This document shows positions 1 to 12,245 of a stretch of DNA of 64,000 nucleotides, piece by piece. This stretch comes from Octopus sinensis. Lineage: Eukaryota. The notes under the pieces were generated by a model. It made no database searches. It was not told the DNA's origin and was given only the letters and a program-made list of their open reading frames with translations. The position numbers and the translations under genes were made by a program. The stretch covers positions 22,258,001 through 22,322,000 of the forward strand of contig NC_043004.1 in NCBI RefSeq assembly GCF_006345805.1, written 5' to 3'. Each line of letters starts with the position of its first letter. Position 1 is the first letter of the stretch.

Positions 1-275
1 AAGTGATCGCTTCTATTCCTAGGGTGTGAGGGATGTTTGAATAAAGGTTAATTACGTCGAAGGATACTAGTAGGGTTTTCTCATTGACTGTTTTAGGGGG
101 GTAGTTAAGCATGTCTATATCGTCTCTTACGTAGCATTTGATGTGCTTTAGAAAAGGTTTAAGAAGTGTGTCTAAGAGGTTGCTGAGGCAGTGAGTCTCA
201 CATGCTGGGCCTGCTAAGTTTAAGATCATTTGGTGAAGGGATTTTGATGAGCATGTCGGTAGATGTTTTGCATCA
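1..275 (-). pseudogene. Penelope-like element reverse transcriptase fragment (continues off the window edge)
   Basis: Manual minus-strand translation: ...IKIPSPNDLKL/AGPACETHCLSNLLDTLLKPFLKHIKCYVRDDIDMLNYPPKTVNEKTLLVSFDVINLYSNIPHTLGIEAIT. This matches the PLE RT pattern (RPIVAGP..., LVSFDVxxLYxNIP), with one frameshift/deletion. Confidence 0.85.
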
Positions 276-344
276 ATACTGAAACATTACTTACACTATG
301 GAAAGAAGAATGTGAAAAAGAGGAAATGTCGGTCCGTTCCTAGA

Positions 345-475
345 TTACTCATATTTACCCACCGGATGGTCTGTAGCAACATGAAAGGAAATGTTTTACT
401 GAAAAACACAACGCATTGCCCGGTTCGGGAAGCAACAATCTTATTATCAGAAGTGCAACTGCCAAACTACTTACG
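345..475 (-). mobile_element. Degenerate tRNA-derived SINE head, family C
   Basis: aaaaacacaacgcattgcccggttcgggaagcaacaatc is the reverse complement of the head/core seen at 12914-13225 and 34124-34370. Confidence 0.5.
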
Positions 476-1221
476 CACGCACCTACACACACACATACAC
501 ATACACGCGCGCGCGCGCATACGTGTTTGCGTGTGTCTGCATGTATGTAATATTGCTCTTATAGTTTTCACCTTTAAATGTTTGGGCTTCACCTTTTCTC
601 AAGAGACCTTATACTCAGCACTAGCTTATTATTTCCTACTGCGTTTATTTGATTAGCATTTGTAATAATAATGATGTTTGTTAATTACTTCCATTAATTT
701 TAGCGTATTTAAGAAGTAATGATAAAGTATGTGTCCATTAGGGAAGCAGGAACTAGCAGGTAATTAATTTTCCATCTAATTTAGCTTAGGTAAGAATGGG
801 TATATGATAGAATGTATTGGCGTCCTGAGGGATCTACTTAAAATGTGGTAGCCATTAGCATAAACAAAGATTAAGTATATATGTTTTAATAGTGTCATTA
901 ATAGACACGAAGATTGTAACAATGTCAGTATTATCAGCCATTTGAAATAGCGCCCACATAGGAAATAAGGTAATGTAATAGCAAATGTGCCCACAGTTTC
1001 CATGTTTTATGACAACACAGGAAGGCTAATCACCGCAACTGTGAAATAATGGAAAGTCGATAATTTTCAAAGCTGGCATATTACGAATATTTCACAAAGC
1101 TAAGTACATTTTCACCGAGCTGGATTATTTCGAAAAGTGGTATTAAGCTGTTGAATGTCAGCTGACGAAGAACCTTAAAAAGTGTGGTGTAGAGGATAGA
1201 AATCATCGTCTATTTGGTTGA

Positions 1222-1630
1222 TTACTCTCTTTTTACTCTTTTACTTGTTTCAGTGATGTGACTGTGGCCATGCTGGAGCACCGCCTATAGTCGAGCAAAT
1301 CAACCCCAGGACTTATTCTTTGTAAACCCAGTACTTATTCTGTCGGTCTCTTTTGCCGAACCGCTAAGTTACGGGGACGTAAACACACCAGCATCGGTTG
1401 TCAAGTGATGGTGGGGATACAAACAGACACACAAACACACACACACATAAAAATATATACATATATACGACGGGCTTCTTTCAGTTTCCATCAACCAAAT
1501 CCACTCAAAAGGCTTTGGTAGGCCCGCGGCTATAGTAGAAGAAACTTGCCCAAGGTGCCACGCAGTGGGACTGAACCCGGAACCATATGGTTCGTAAACA
1601 AGCTACTTACCACACAGCCACTCCTGCGCC
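1222..1630 (-). mobile_element. tRNA-derived SINE, family A (full length)
   Basis: Reverse complement of the 6570-6980 copy: ggcgcaggagtggctgtgtggtaag head, gggttcagtccc B-box-like motif, internal microsatellite, gaaacaagtaaaagagt tail. Confidence 0.9.
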
Positions 1631-1642
1631 TTTATATGTGAC

Positions 1643-1708
1643 GCTTACAGCACCTAGGTTTCCCAAGCGGTCACCCGTCTATGTACTAACTAGGTTCGAC
1701 GTTTACTT
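1643..1708 (-). pseudogene. 5S rRNA-derived fragment (3' half)
   Basis: Reverse complement reads aagtaaacgtcgaacctagttagtacatagacgggtgaccgcttgggaaacctaggtgctgtaagc, which aligns to the 3' half of metazoan 5S rRNA. Confidence 0.8.
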
Positions 1709-2272
1709 TATATTCCACGTAGCAAACTGAGTCGCATTTCTCTTACAGATACTGATACAATGTGAATAGGTTTGTGAAAAATAATATTCGTGGGAGCAAG
1801 ACATTTTTATACCCCTTAGCTTCGACACATAGTACTGATCATGTTGCAGAGGCATTGTTGTGACATGCATTGTGTGTTTTTAGACCTAAGAATCTCATCC
1901 TCACTAGATCAACTATTGCAGATTTCTTCCCTAATCGAAAGAACAGAAGATGAAGAAAGAAGTGGCACTTTATTTATCGATCCCGAAAGATGTATAATAG
2001 CGTCGGTATTTGAAATCGGAGTCAGAAGTAAATGTAAAATTAGCAGTCTTTGCTATGCACTTGTCTGCCAATCTTTTCTACCAACTTGTCGACTATTTTA
2101 GGTACCATAAATCCTGATCATGCTACATTTTTATCTGGAAGGGAATCTTTTTCACACTGCTACATTTAATTACTGGTATATTAATTCCAATTTCGATGAA
2201 ACTAAATTCCGTTTCGGAATATAAGCTTTCGATCGGATTCAACAATCTTATTTGCTATTAACAATGATGTGC

Positions 2273-2664
2273 TATTCTTTTTTACTCTGGGCACAAAGCC
2301 CGAAATTTTTAGAGAGGGGGCCAGTCGATTAGATCAACCCTAGCATGCAACTGATTTATCGAACCCAAAAGGATGAAAGGCAAAGTCGACCTCGGCGGAA
2401 TTTGAACTCAGAACGTAAAGACAGACGAAATACCTATTTCTTTACTACGCAGAAGGCGCTAAACACAGAGGGGACAAACAAAAACAGATGGATTAAGTCG
2501 ATTATATCGACCCCCAGTGCGTAACTGGTACTTAATTTATCGCCCCCGAAAGGATGAAAGGCAAAGTCGACCTCGGCGGAATTTGAACTCAGAACGTAGC
2601 GGCAGATGAAATTCCGCTAAGCGTTTCACCCGGCGTGCTCACGTTTCTGCCAGCACGCCGCCTT
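2273..2664 (-). mobile_element. tRNA-derived SINE, family B (Nin-like core), two-unit copy
   Basis: Head aaggcggcgtgctggcagaaacg followed by two units carrying gcctttcatcc...gataaa; the second unit ends in the alternative tail ...tttgtgcccagagtaaaaaag. Confidence 0.88.
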
Positions 2665-5600
2665 AAATAATGTATTAATCATAATCTAAATTTGAGATCT
2701 TCAAATGTGACATCGCTGCGTTTATAACTATAATAAATTTCTGCGACTCTGCTGCGATTTGACTTTGATTGGTTATGAAATTTTGTTTCACATGCCTTAT
2801 TTTTCCTATCAACATCTACGATTATCACGGTTGCATTACTCCACCTTGCTAGCAACACAAACTATCCACACAAATATATTTGCTATAAAAGTCAAAATGC
2901 TTAACGAACTGAAAATAATTATCAAAGGAAACCTCTCCTCATTATTTTGTTAGAAATAGAACTCAAACTGCCAAAAATTAAGACATATCGTCTTCAAAAG
3001 AGAATATAAACAATATATAGATTAATTATAGTTATAGAATTTCCGAGGGAAGGATGGTACGGGCATGGATAGAATGCTTGTAATAAAAGATCTCCTTGAC
3101 AACAGTTGACTTGCATTTTAGCACAAACAACAACAGTGATGAAACGAAGTAATAAAATACCACCAAAATTATATTACATACATACGTCATGTGCGAGTGC
3201 GTGTGTGTGCGTGCGCGAGCGCGTGTGAGTGAGAAATCATTTCAGAGCTGTTATATGCATACACTATGCAGATCATAATTCTGGTGATCATAAACTTAAT
3301 TATAAATATTATTTCCTGAACGGTGGCTGATTTCTGTTCTCATAATGGTGACTAACTCCAAGTCAAAATATTCACCTCAAATTATCATATTGCTATATAA
3401 AATGGCTCTTTATTTTTGACAAACATATTTTGATCAAGTTGTTTGAAATGAAAGTTATGTTCTTAAAATTATAAAAAATAACTGGAGACTCTTCGTGCAG
3501 TTTTGTATATGATCTTTATCTTAATGTTCCAGTGGGGAAGGCACTTCTGGGCATTCGAGTGGCGTATAAGATGAGAAGATATTATTGTCAAATGTAAGTA
3601 ATGCAAGAAAGCTTACAATATAATTCACTTGGTTATAATCTACGAACGAACAAGATGATGGTGCGAAACTGAGCAAATGATTGCGATGATCACCGAACAA
3701 CAGGGAAAAGTATTTCTTTCATCAATTATGATAGAAGGTGCTTGCACAATATTCGATGCAGAAAGACAGAACCCGTAACCACGTTCTCAACAACAACACA
3801 ACTATTTGTTATATTTAAAAGCGCCAAAGAAAAATGGTTTGAATGCTTATCACTTAGCGAATGTAGCATGATAAATGATTTCCTACATATATAGAAAAGC
3901 TTAGTTATTGATGAACTCAAAGAATTTTTTTCAAACAACATAATGATAATCCGTTTATCAAAATACATAATTCACTCATCTAAGCTATAATAAGATTCGA
4001 ATTTAGTATTCCTTGCTGAAAATGACTAGTACTGATATTTAACATAGCAGGAAAATTGTTGGCAGAAAGTGATCAGGGACTATCAGAAATAAAATAGCAT
4101 TCCTCAGCATCTGGAAAACTTCAGTCTCACATCGAAATATATTGCCTATAAATGATGGACACCTAACGAGGAATATAGATTAGCAAAATAATCTATGATC
4201 ACTTTCAGATTATATTATTCAACATAATTATGATATCTGGGTAAGACAAAAAATTTGGATAGTTTAGCGACAGGACTCAAAGTTCTAGCTCATTATTGGA
4301 CAGACATAATAAGTTTACTATAACTGCATTTCATAGTCAATACTCTAATCCACATTCAGAATAGTTATGATTTGTCATGTGTTTAAATCTTATTTAACTT
4401 CTTTACGTCTTTTCGTTTTATTACATATTAATTGAATTAATGGGATATTTTTTTAATAAAATCGTTCACATCCATAATAAATATAATTATGTCTAAACTA
4501 CATTGAATTTGACGTCTCTTACCTCCAGTCTGTCAGGGTAATGAAACGGCTTCAAATATAATTAAATTATGCCTAAAGGTAAAGTGTTAAAAACGATGAC
4601 AGCGACACAAATGGAATATAGAAGAAAGGAAAGGAAACAACTTCATAATAATACACATTTCTAATTGAATAACGTGATTTCTCCATCTTGAAATCAGGAG
4701 GAGACTAGTCAATACTAGTGTATAGCAATCAGTGTGGATAATAACAAAGTGTTGTATTAAAGATATGCCGGGAGTATTAAAGTTGTTGACTATCACATTC
4801 ATGTAATTATTATAATCTCCGAAACAGACGTTAGCAGTCTTGACACTGAACATCTATGTCTTGTATTTAGCTTGTGTGCATGTATTATCAAGACTTCAAC
4901 AAAATACATATAGAGGGAAATATTCTTCCTTAAAATTTCAAATACTTTTGATTATTAATGACAAATTACATAATATTTTATTTAATTTTGGTTTGCTTGT
5001 AGTTGATTGATGTTTATTAGTAATTAATTATTCTATTTTCTTTTATTCAGTTCACGAAATATTTCTGTTTGTTTCAAAGGTTTACAAACTATACTAATTA
5101 TCTTTAATTAGCTTTCACAATAACCTCATGGCAAGGTTAATTTAACAAACAAATGCAGTGAGATGATAGTTATATGCCGTATGGGAATTTTGTATTGGAA
5201 GTTACGTGTCAAAAAGGAAATAAAATACAACAAACTAATTCATTCATCTCTGTTTGCCGATGAAATTGAATTATTTCAATAACATCTTGCGAAAAATCTA
5301 TAAAAATATTTTCAAAATTCAGCGATTCAGTGAACATAGTTAAAAGAAGTCAGAGTTGCTGCTTATCTGTATATGTATTGATTCTCACTCTATAATTATC
5401 GGGTAACACTACTCCAGTATATAAGTACACAACTTGTTAAAGGTTTAAAACGTACCAAGTTATAAACATAAAGAAGTGGAGTTATATACTTCAGATCCTA
5501 AGTAAATCTCTGACATATTTAATTTGTGTTTCTTCTTAAAATTAACTGTTTTTTTATAATCTTCGTCTCTCCTTTCTAGAGTGATTTCAAGTATTTCTAT

Positions 5601-5783
5601 CTGATATGCATAATCTTATAAAACTTACTTTAGCTTCAGATTTATTGCTATAACAGTTGTTGTTCTTGTGATTATTATTGTCATTGTTGTTAACACCTAC
5701 AGCAACTGAACAGCAAACCTAAGTTCACATTTTGAATAGATTCTTTTCGGTTTTAAGCAGTTACATGGACGATGCAGTTAATA

Positions 5784-6384
5784 AAAGCGACGAGCTGGCA
5801 GAATCGTTAGCACACCGGGCAAAATGCTTAGCGGTATTTCGTCTGCCGCTACGTTCTGAATTCAAATTCCACCGAGGTCGACTTAGTCTTTCATCCTTTC
5901 GGAGTCGATAAATTAAGTACCAGTTACACACTGGGGTCGATGTAATCGACTTAATACCTATGTATGTCCTTGTTTGTCCCCTCTATGCTTAGCCCCTTGT
6001 GAGTAGTAAAGAAATAGGTATTTCGTCTGCCGCTACGTTCTGAATTCAAATTCCGCCGAGGTCGACTTAGCCTTTCATCCTTTCGGGGTCGAAAATTAAG
6101 TACCAGTTACACACTAGGGTCGATGTAATCGACTTAATACATATGTCTGTCCTTGTTTGTCCCCTCTATGTTTAGCCCCTTGTGGGTAGTAAAGAAATAG
6201 GTAGTTCATTTGCCGCTACGTTCTGAATTCAAATTCCGCCGAGGTCGACTTAGCCTTTCATCCGGTCGGCATCGATTAAATAAGTACCAGTTACGCAATG
6301 GGGTCGCCATAATCGACTTAATCCGTTTGTCTGTCCTTGTTTGTCCCCTCTCTGTGTAGACCCTCCTGGGTAGTAAAAAAATAA
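5784..6384 (+). mobile_element. SINE family B, three-unit tandem copy with 16-bp target-site duplication
   Basis: One head, then units starting at 5834, 6018 and 6201 (period 183-184 bp). gacgatgcagttaata occurs at both 5768-5783 and 6385-6400. Confidence 0.92.
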
Positions 6385-6569
6385 GACGATGCAGTTAATA
6401 TTTTCAACCAATTAAAATGCTCCAGTCTCTCTCTCCCTTATCAAGTCATACATAGGTGACTCAACACTGTATAAAGATTTAACATTGATGAGTGGAACTA
6501 CATCATCTGCTGCATCCAAAGAAATTATATTCTGGAGAGGAGAAAAAAAAATTATTTAAAAATATATTA

Positions 6570-6980
6570 AGGCGCAGGAGTGGCTGTGTGGTAAGTAGCT
6601 TGTTTACCAACCACATGGTTCCGGGTTCAGTCCCACTGCGTGGCACCTTGGGTAAGTGTCTTCTACTATAGCTTCGGGCCGACCAAAGCCTTGTGAGTGG
6701 ATTTGGTAGACGGAAACTGAAAGAAGCCCGTCGTATATATGTATATATATATATATATACATGCGTGTCTGTGCTTGTGTGTCTGTGTTTGTCCCCCTAG
6801 CATTGCTTGACAACCGATGCTGGTGTGTTTATGTCCCCGTAACTTAGCGGTTCGGCAAAAGTGACCGATAGAAAAAGTACAGGGCTTACAAAAAAGAATA
6901 AGTCCCGGGGTCGAGTTGCTCGATTAAAGGCGGTGCTCCAGCATGGCCGCAGTCAAATGACTGAAGCAAGTAAAAGAGTA
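6570..6980 (+). mobile_element. SINE family A (full length)
   Basis: ggcgcaggagtggctgtgtggtaagtagcttg head; ggcaccttgggtaagtgtcttc CORE-like motif; internal (TA)/(TG) tract; tail aagcaagtaaaagagt. Confidence 0.9.
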
Positions 6981-7105
6981 ACTATTTTCTTTGTTTCGTT
7001 CACAGCACACAGTTCTTCGTTTAACGTTGCAGATCACTCACACGTCTTCACATTGCTCGATTTTCCTTCTGTTTCAATGACAATAAATCAAGGTTCATTT
7101 ATTTA

Positions 7106-7516
7106 TCTCTTTTCTCTTTTCTCTTTTACTTGTTTCAGTCATTTGACTGCGGCCATGCTGGAGCACCGCCTTTAATCGAGGAAACTCGACCCCGGGACTT
7201 ATTCTTTGTAAGCCTAGTACTTATTCTATCGGTCTCTTCTTGCCGAACCGCTAAGTGACGGGGACGTAAACACACCAGCATCGGTTGTCAAGCGATGCTA
7301 GGGGGTCAAACACAGATACACAAACACACACATACATATATATACACATATACGACAGGCTTCTTTCAGTTTCCGTCTACCAAATCCACTCACAAGGCAT
7401 TGGTCGGCCCGGGGCTATAGCAGAAGACACTTGCCCAAGATGCCACGCAGTGGGACTGAACCCGGAACCATGTGGTTGGTTAGCAAGCTACTTACCACAC
7501 AGCCACTCCTGCGCCT
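7106..7516 (-). mobile_element. SINE family A (full length), inverted relative to 6570-6980
   Basis: Reverse complement of the family A sequence, ending ...cacagccactcctgcgcct. Confidence 0.9.
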
Positions 7517-9269
7517 ATCTATTTATTTATTACTTATAAGTATTTGTTAGGTAGTTTGCAACAGCGTTACATTAAGTAGGAACTATATAATATATGACAT
7601 CAACAATGTATTGGCATAGTAAATTGATTTATAAGTTCATCATCATTATCGCCATCGTCGTCATTGTCGCCATTGTCGTCGTAGCCGTTATCATAGTCAT
7701 CTTTCTCCTCCGCTTCCTCATTATCATTATTATTATTATTTGTAATTTCTGATATCGACGTTGAAGAAAGCGATGAAGAGCTGCCATTGATTTCTCTCAC
7801 AAATCCCTCAGATTTTATGTAGAAGTGTGAGGGAATATGTGTGCAATTTCTGACACGTTGTTCACTAAATTCTCCATAAGTCAGTGGCTTTATTAAACAA
7901 TACAAGCAACAGTCTTACACGTGTGCGATCTCATACACTCTCTAATCTTTTCTTCAACGTTGACCTCCTACTTATATGCAAAGATCAATACTCTTATTTC
8001 CTTATTTTCATTTTATATTTGAACATTCTTGACTTGTTTATTTATTTTCAAAATATGTGTCAAAATAAAACTTCTGTAAAGTTTATAAATCTCAGTTTGT
8101 ACTATTTTTTTTCTTTGCTTTTTGCTGTTTTCCGTCTCCTATTTATACCGTTTCTATCAAGTGGTAACCACGTGACTTTTCCATAAATTGCCTATATGGT
8201 CTGACCTGTTACACAAAGCACAACATTTCTATTTGCTTTTTATGTTTTAACGGGTTTTTTGTTTTGTTCTCCGTTTTGAATCTATTGGCAAGCTGCTTGT
8301 TTGTTTTCAATTTTATGTGAAATGGATTTTTGTATTTCAGTTAAAAGACATTGAAGAAAGAATAGAATCAATGCACTCAATCAAATAAAGAATTTTATCA
8401 ATTTCTTAATGAAAGGAGGCAATCGCTTAATCAATGTGAAATAACTTGAAATATTCTATAAGGCTCTAGCTTCCACTAAACTTTATCTTTGCAATCATTT
8501 TCAAAATGATTAAAACGAGAAAAATACTAATTAGTGACATGTTTTTTATAAACCCACGGGTGTAAGGTATTCTATGTTCCTTACATAGACTTTTTCTGAA
8601 GTTCGTTCTTTTTTTCGGTTGTGAATTTTGTAAATTGTAACTGTTATCTCTGTAGCGAAGGTGTGTTTTAAGGACTTTCGCCGTTAGCAACCAGACAATA
8701 TGTCTCTGAAATTGCAGCTAGTTTCCTTTTGTCTAAGTTTAATGTAATATTTGACATTATTTTTTCTCTTCAGAGGATTGATTTTAAAGCGCGACTCTTG
8801 CAGATATTTTTAATGCAGGCAACTCAACTTGGTGCCGTTTTGTTATTGTCTTCCATTGGCATACCTTCGGGAGACCAAAGCCGGGGCCAGCATTATTTAA
8901 TTTCTGGTTCTTCCCCATGAAATAACAAATATAAAACCCTACAAATATACAGAATCAAATTTTCTCAAACTATTTATTTTTCAGAAAGCCAATATGTGAG
9001 TATCTCTCATGGAAACTGCTGCAGTAAAGTTTGTTCTAATACAACAAATGCGGTTACGTGGTGATAAATTTCACCTCTCTGTATTAATACTACCCCTGTC
9101 GCTAATATATACTTTATATTTATGAATAAACTATATGGCTAATTGTGACACCAGCGCCTCTCTTGGCACTGTCAATATATATCTGTATAGGATCAAAGAA
9201 ATGGACAATACCAAATGGTTAAATTTTTCCAGTAGGATCCTAGGGTTTACTAGCAGCTAAACGGAAAGG

Positions 9270-9819
9270 TTTACAGAAATGAGAAATATGATGCTGAAGA
9301 AAGTAGGATGTTCTGGAGTAACATCTGGGAAAATGAATGAATCATACGAAAAATGCTGAATGGTTGAATTAAAATAAGAGAAAATGAAGTGAAGCAGAAC
9401 ATTTTAGGAATAACAACTGAAATGGTAACCGAGGAGATAACTAAGGTTCCAAAATAGATATAAGACCCGGATGGAGTACAAAAGTACTGGCTGAATAAGT
9501 TACAAGCCTTACGCGAAAGAATAGCTACGCAAATCGATGAAATGATCAACGACGGTGTGGAAATCCCAAAGAGGATTACGAGAGAGAAAATGGTTCTTTA
9601 CCAAAAGGATTCCGGTAAAGGCATCAAGGGGAATGTAAAGGAAATAGGAACAGGTTTTTCAGTAGAAGTGTTACCAAATGTTTACCTCCATGACACGGCC
9701 AGAATAATCAGGAAAGTATTAGCTAAAAAGAACAGAGAGCATGGTACCGTACACAGCAGGTATCAAGCCTACTGCGCTTGCAAGACACCAGGTGTTCCAG
9801 CAAAACCTGAGTTAAAAAG

Positions 9820-9820
<1 letters not shown>
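9270..9820 (+). mobile_element. Internally deleted R4/Dong-like (RLE-type) LINE
   Basis: Translates to DAEESRMFWSNIW and (D)PDGVQKYWLNKLQALRERIATQIDEMINDGVEIPKRITREKMVLYQKDSGKG (start of RT), joined directly to the C-terminal motif SVEVLPNVYLHDTARIIRKVL. Confidence 0.7.
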
Positions 9821-9865
<45 letters not shown>

Positions 9866-10430
9866 TATTATTATTATTATTATTATTATTGAGTGAGAGA
9901 GCAGTGCATACCATCAAAGTGACACTGGGGAAAATATACGAAGCCCAGTATACCCATCATGACTACCTGTCTGATAAGGGTACACTAGGCACATGCATCA
10001 CAACCATATGTGCGTGACATGGTGATCTCATATCAAGATAAACAGCGCATAAACTTGCAGGTGGGGCCCAGTTAGTATTTTCTTCTGGTGGAGTAGCCCA
10101 TACCGCTCAAACCGTCCCTGAATAAGGATTGTTTAAGGATGTTGAGCGAACCACTAATGTTTCCAGAGGTGAATTATCCAAGCATCTAAGAATTCCTTTA
10201 AACACACGGCTATGATGCTCCCCCACTACTTATGTTCATGATCAGAGATGCACATATCGTCAGCCACATAGGGACATGGTCAACTGGTTAAAGTCTAACA
10301 ACTGACAAGCAAATCTGTGGTATTGAGCAGAATATTTGCTGTACCCCATCTTTTATACCAAAACAAGGCAATGTACATGATAACACTTCCAATCAGTTAA
10401 GATCAGAAGCCATGAGAGCCACTGTCTGCA
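9821..10430 (-). mobile_element. Interspersed repeat, 3' portion with (TAA)n tail (probable non-LTR retroelement end)
   Basis: GC-richer segment ending on the minus strand in ...gcactgctctctcactc followed by about 70 bp of (TAA)n. It lies between two LINE fragments. The family was not identified. Confidence 0.5.
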
Positions 10431-10664
10431 CTTGGAAGTATCAGCACTCAACTACTAACATGGCTGAAAAAGATCGGTGCAAGTGTGAAGGAAGAACATT
10501 TAGAAAAATCAGCATTGCTTGGAACTGCAAGAATTCTTCGCAGGTTTCTTGAAACATGACCAGTAAAACAAGTGTCACCTTATCCTGCTGGCTGTAGACA
10601 GCTGACAGTTTCCATCATACCCAGTGAAATACGCTGTGAGTTTCAATACAATAATGTTAATAAT
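10431..10664 (+). mobile_element. 3' end of an R4/Dong-like LINE
   Basis: LGSISTQLLTWLKKIGASVKEEHLEKSALLGTARILRRFLET*, then a short 3' UTR and a decayed TAA tail. Confidence 0.7.
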
Positions 10665-11276
10665 AGAAATATCACATGTCTAAATTTCTCAGTCAGAGTT
10701 ATGCAGTAACAGCACGATAAAGTGACGGTTGGTTGCAAACTTAATGTGGGAGTCCCAGGAAAAGGAACGGATGTTGCTGTTATTTAGTCCCAAGAAACAA
10801 CGTTTCTAGTTGGCTACGCGACACAAGTATTCTGTGTCCTTAAGTTTTCCCCAGTTTGAGAACTTAATATTTTTCCCTTTGTTTGGGCGCTAAAAACACG
10901 AGGAAGCGATTTTGTTTGTTACCGCAAATGAGTAAGTCAAATGTGTGTTGCGTTATTTATCTTGTTTAGAAAATTTGTTGCTTAATTTTGAAATTTCTTA
11001 ATTGTATCTACTATCATCGCTTTACATCTTTCATTCAACTAAAGGACATTTTAAACAGTAATTTATCTCAGTATCAAATCAGTGTTCGTGATTAGAATAT
11101 CAATTACTCTTTAGTTATATAAGTTTGAAACCTGAGATTCATTAAAATTATAGACCAGGAGTGAGTTCATGCTTGTGAAGTTTCATTATTAGCAACATTT
11201 CATGTTTCTGTATTCTTTCACCAGTTCGGAAAGCATGATGTCTGATTTATAATATTCAATAACCATTTGCAAATAC

Positions 11277-11425
11277 AGGCGTGGATACAGGGGTGACAGT
11301 ACTGTAAGAGGTTTGCTTCTCGACCATATAGTTCCGCGTTCAAACTCACTCTGTAGCACATTTCTATTATAGCCTTAGGCCGATCCAAGCCTTGTCAGTG
11401 GCTTTGGTAGATAGAAGCGGAAAGA
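11277..11425 (+). mobile_element. Degenerate SINE family A, 5' part
   Basis: ttctattatagccttaggccgatccaagccttgtcagtggctttggtagatagaagcggaaag resembles the family A body. Confidence 0.55.
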
Positions 11426-11927
11426 ATTAGAAGATACATCGTGTATCTACCTTTAAGTCTATATCACAACACCCTCAGTGAACTACTTCATAACTCCCAT
11501 TTCGTTCCTTACTAAATCCTTCTAACATTTACAGTATCATAACGGTATTGGAGATGCATATGTATAATGTTTCCTAAGAAAACCTAGTAATCTCTTTCTT
11601 TTTATATATGGCAATAAATTGACAAATCACCAACGTAAATAACGAAAAGAATTAAATATAGTAATACATGCGTGGCAAAGTGGTGAGAAATTTGTGTCCC
11701 AACCACATAATACCGAGTTCATCACCACTACGTGGTAGAGATGAAGTGGTGACAGTTTGTTTTCTCAATTTAACGTATATTTCATACACTCATAAATATA
11801 ACGTAGTTTCTGAATATCGAATGATATATATGAAAATAGGTAACAATTCTTTTTATCTGTCTCGTTACTTATTCATGAATAAATCTGATGTTTATCTCAT
11901 TAATTATGTCTACCATTCATGATTGTG

Positions 11928-11969
<42 letters not shown>

Positions 11970-12060
11970 AAATCATGAATGGTATACATGCATATGCGTC
12001 CGTAGGTCAGTCTATTTGTACATACACGTACATGCGTGTATATGTATATATATATATATA

Positions 12061-12153
12061 TATGGCCATATCCCGTTGAAAACACCGGTTTTCGTCCGAT
12101 CACCGAAGTTAAGCAACGTCAAACCCAGTTTGTACTTCGATGGATGACCGCTA
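12061..12153 (+). pseudogene. 5S rRNA-derived fragment (about positions 4-97 of 5S), 3'-truncated
   Basis: tatggccatatcccgttgaaaacaccggttttcgtccgatcaccgaagttaagcaacgtc...gtacttcgatggatgaccgct follows the 5S rRNA consensus, including the internal A-box region; the C-box region is mutated. Confidence 0.88.
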
Positions 12154-12154
12154 G

Positions 12155-12245
12155 TCTCTGTAACTTGGCAAAGCGTTTGGCAAAAAGCCGATAGAATAAG
12201 TACTAGGCTCACAAAGAATAAGTCCTGGGGGCGATTTGGTTGACG
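12155..12245 (+). mobile_element. SINE family A 3' body fused to the 5S fragment
   Basis: gtaacttggcaaagcgtttggcaaaaagccgatagaataagtactaggctcacaaagaataagtcctgggg matches the family A 3' body at 6840-6915. Confidence 0.7.

Noticed and set aside
5784-6384. Regularly spaced repeats superficially like a CRISPR array
   Set aside because: The units are contiguous 183-bp SINE segments without unique spacers, in eukaryotic DNA with no cas genes.
7600-7905. D/N/E-rich 101-aa ORF
   Set aside because: It is built from decayed (GAT/AAT) trinucleotide repeats and has no splice or homology support.
8466-8941. Possible exons on either strand around a GC-richer patch
   Set aside because: Several mutually incompatible splice readings exist and none gives a recognisable peptide.
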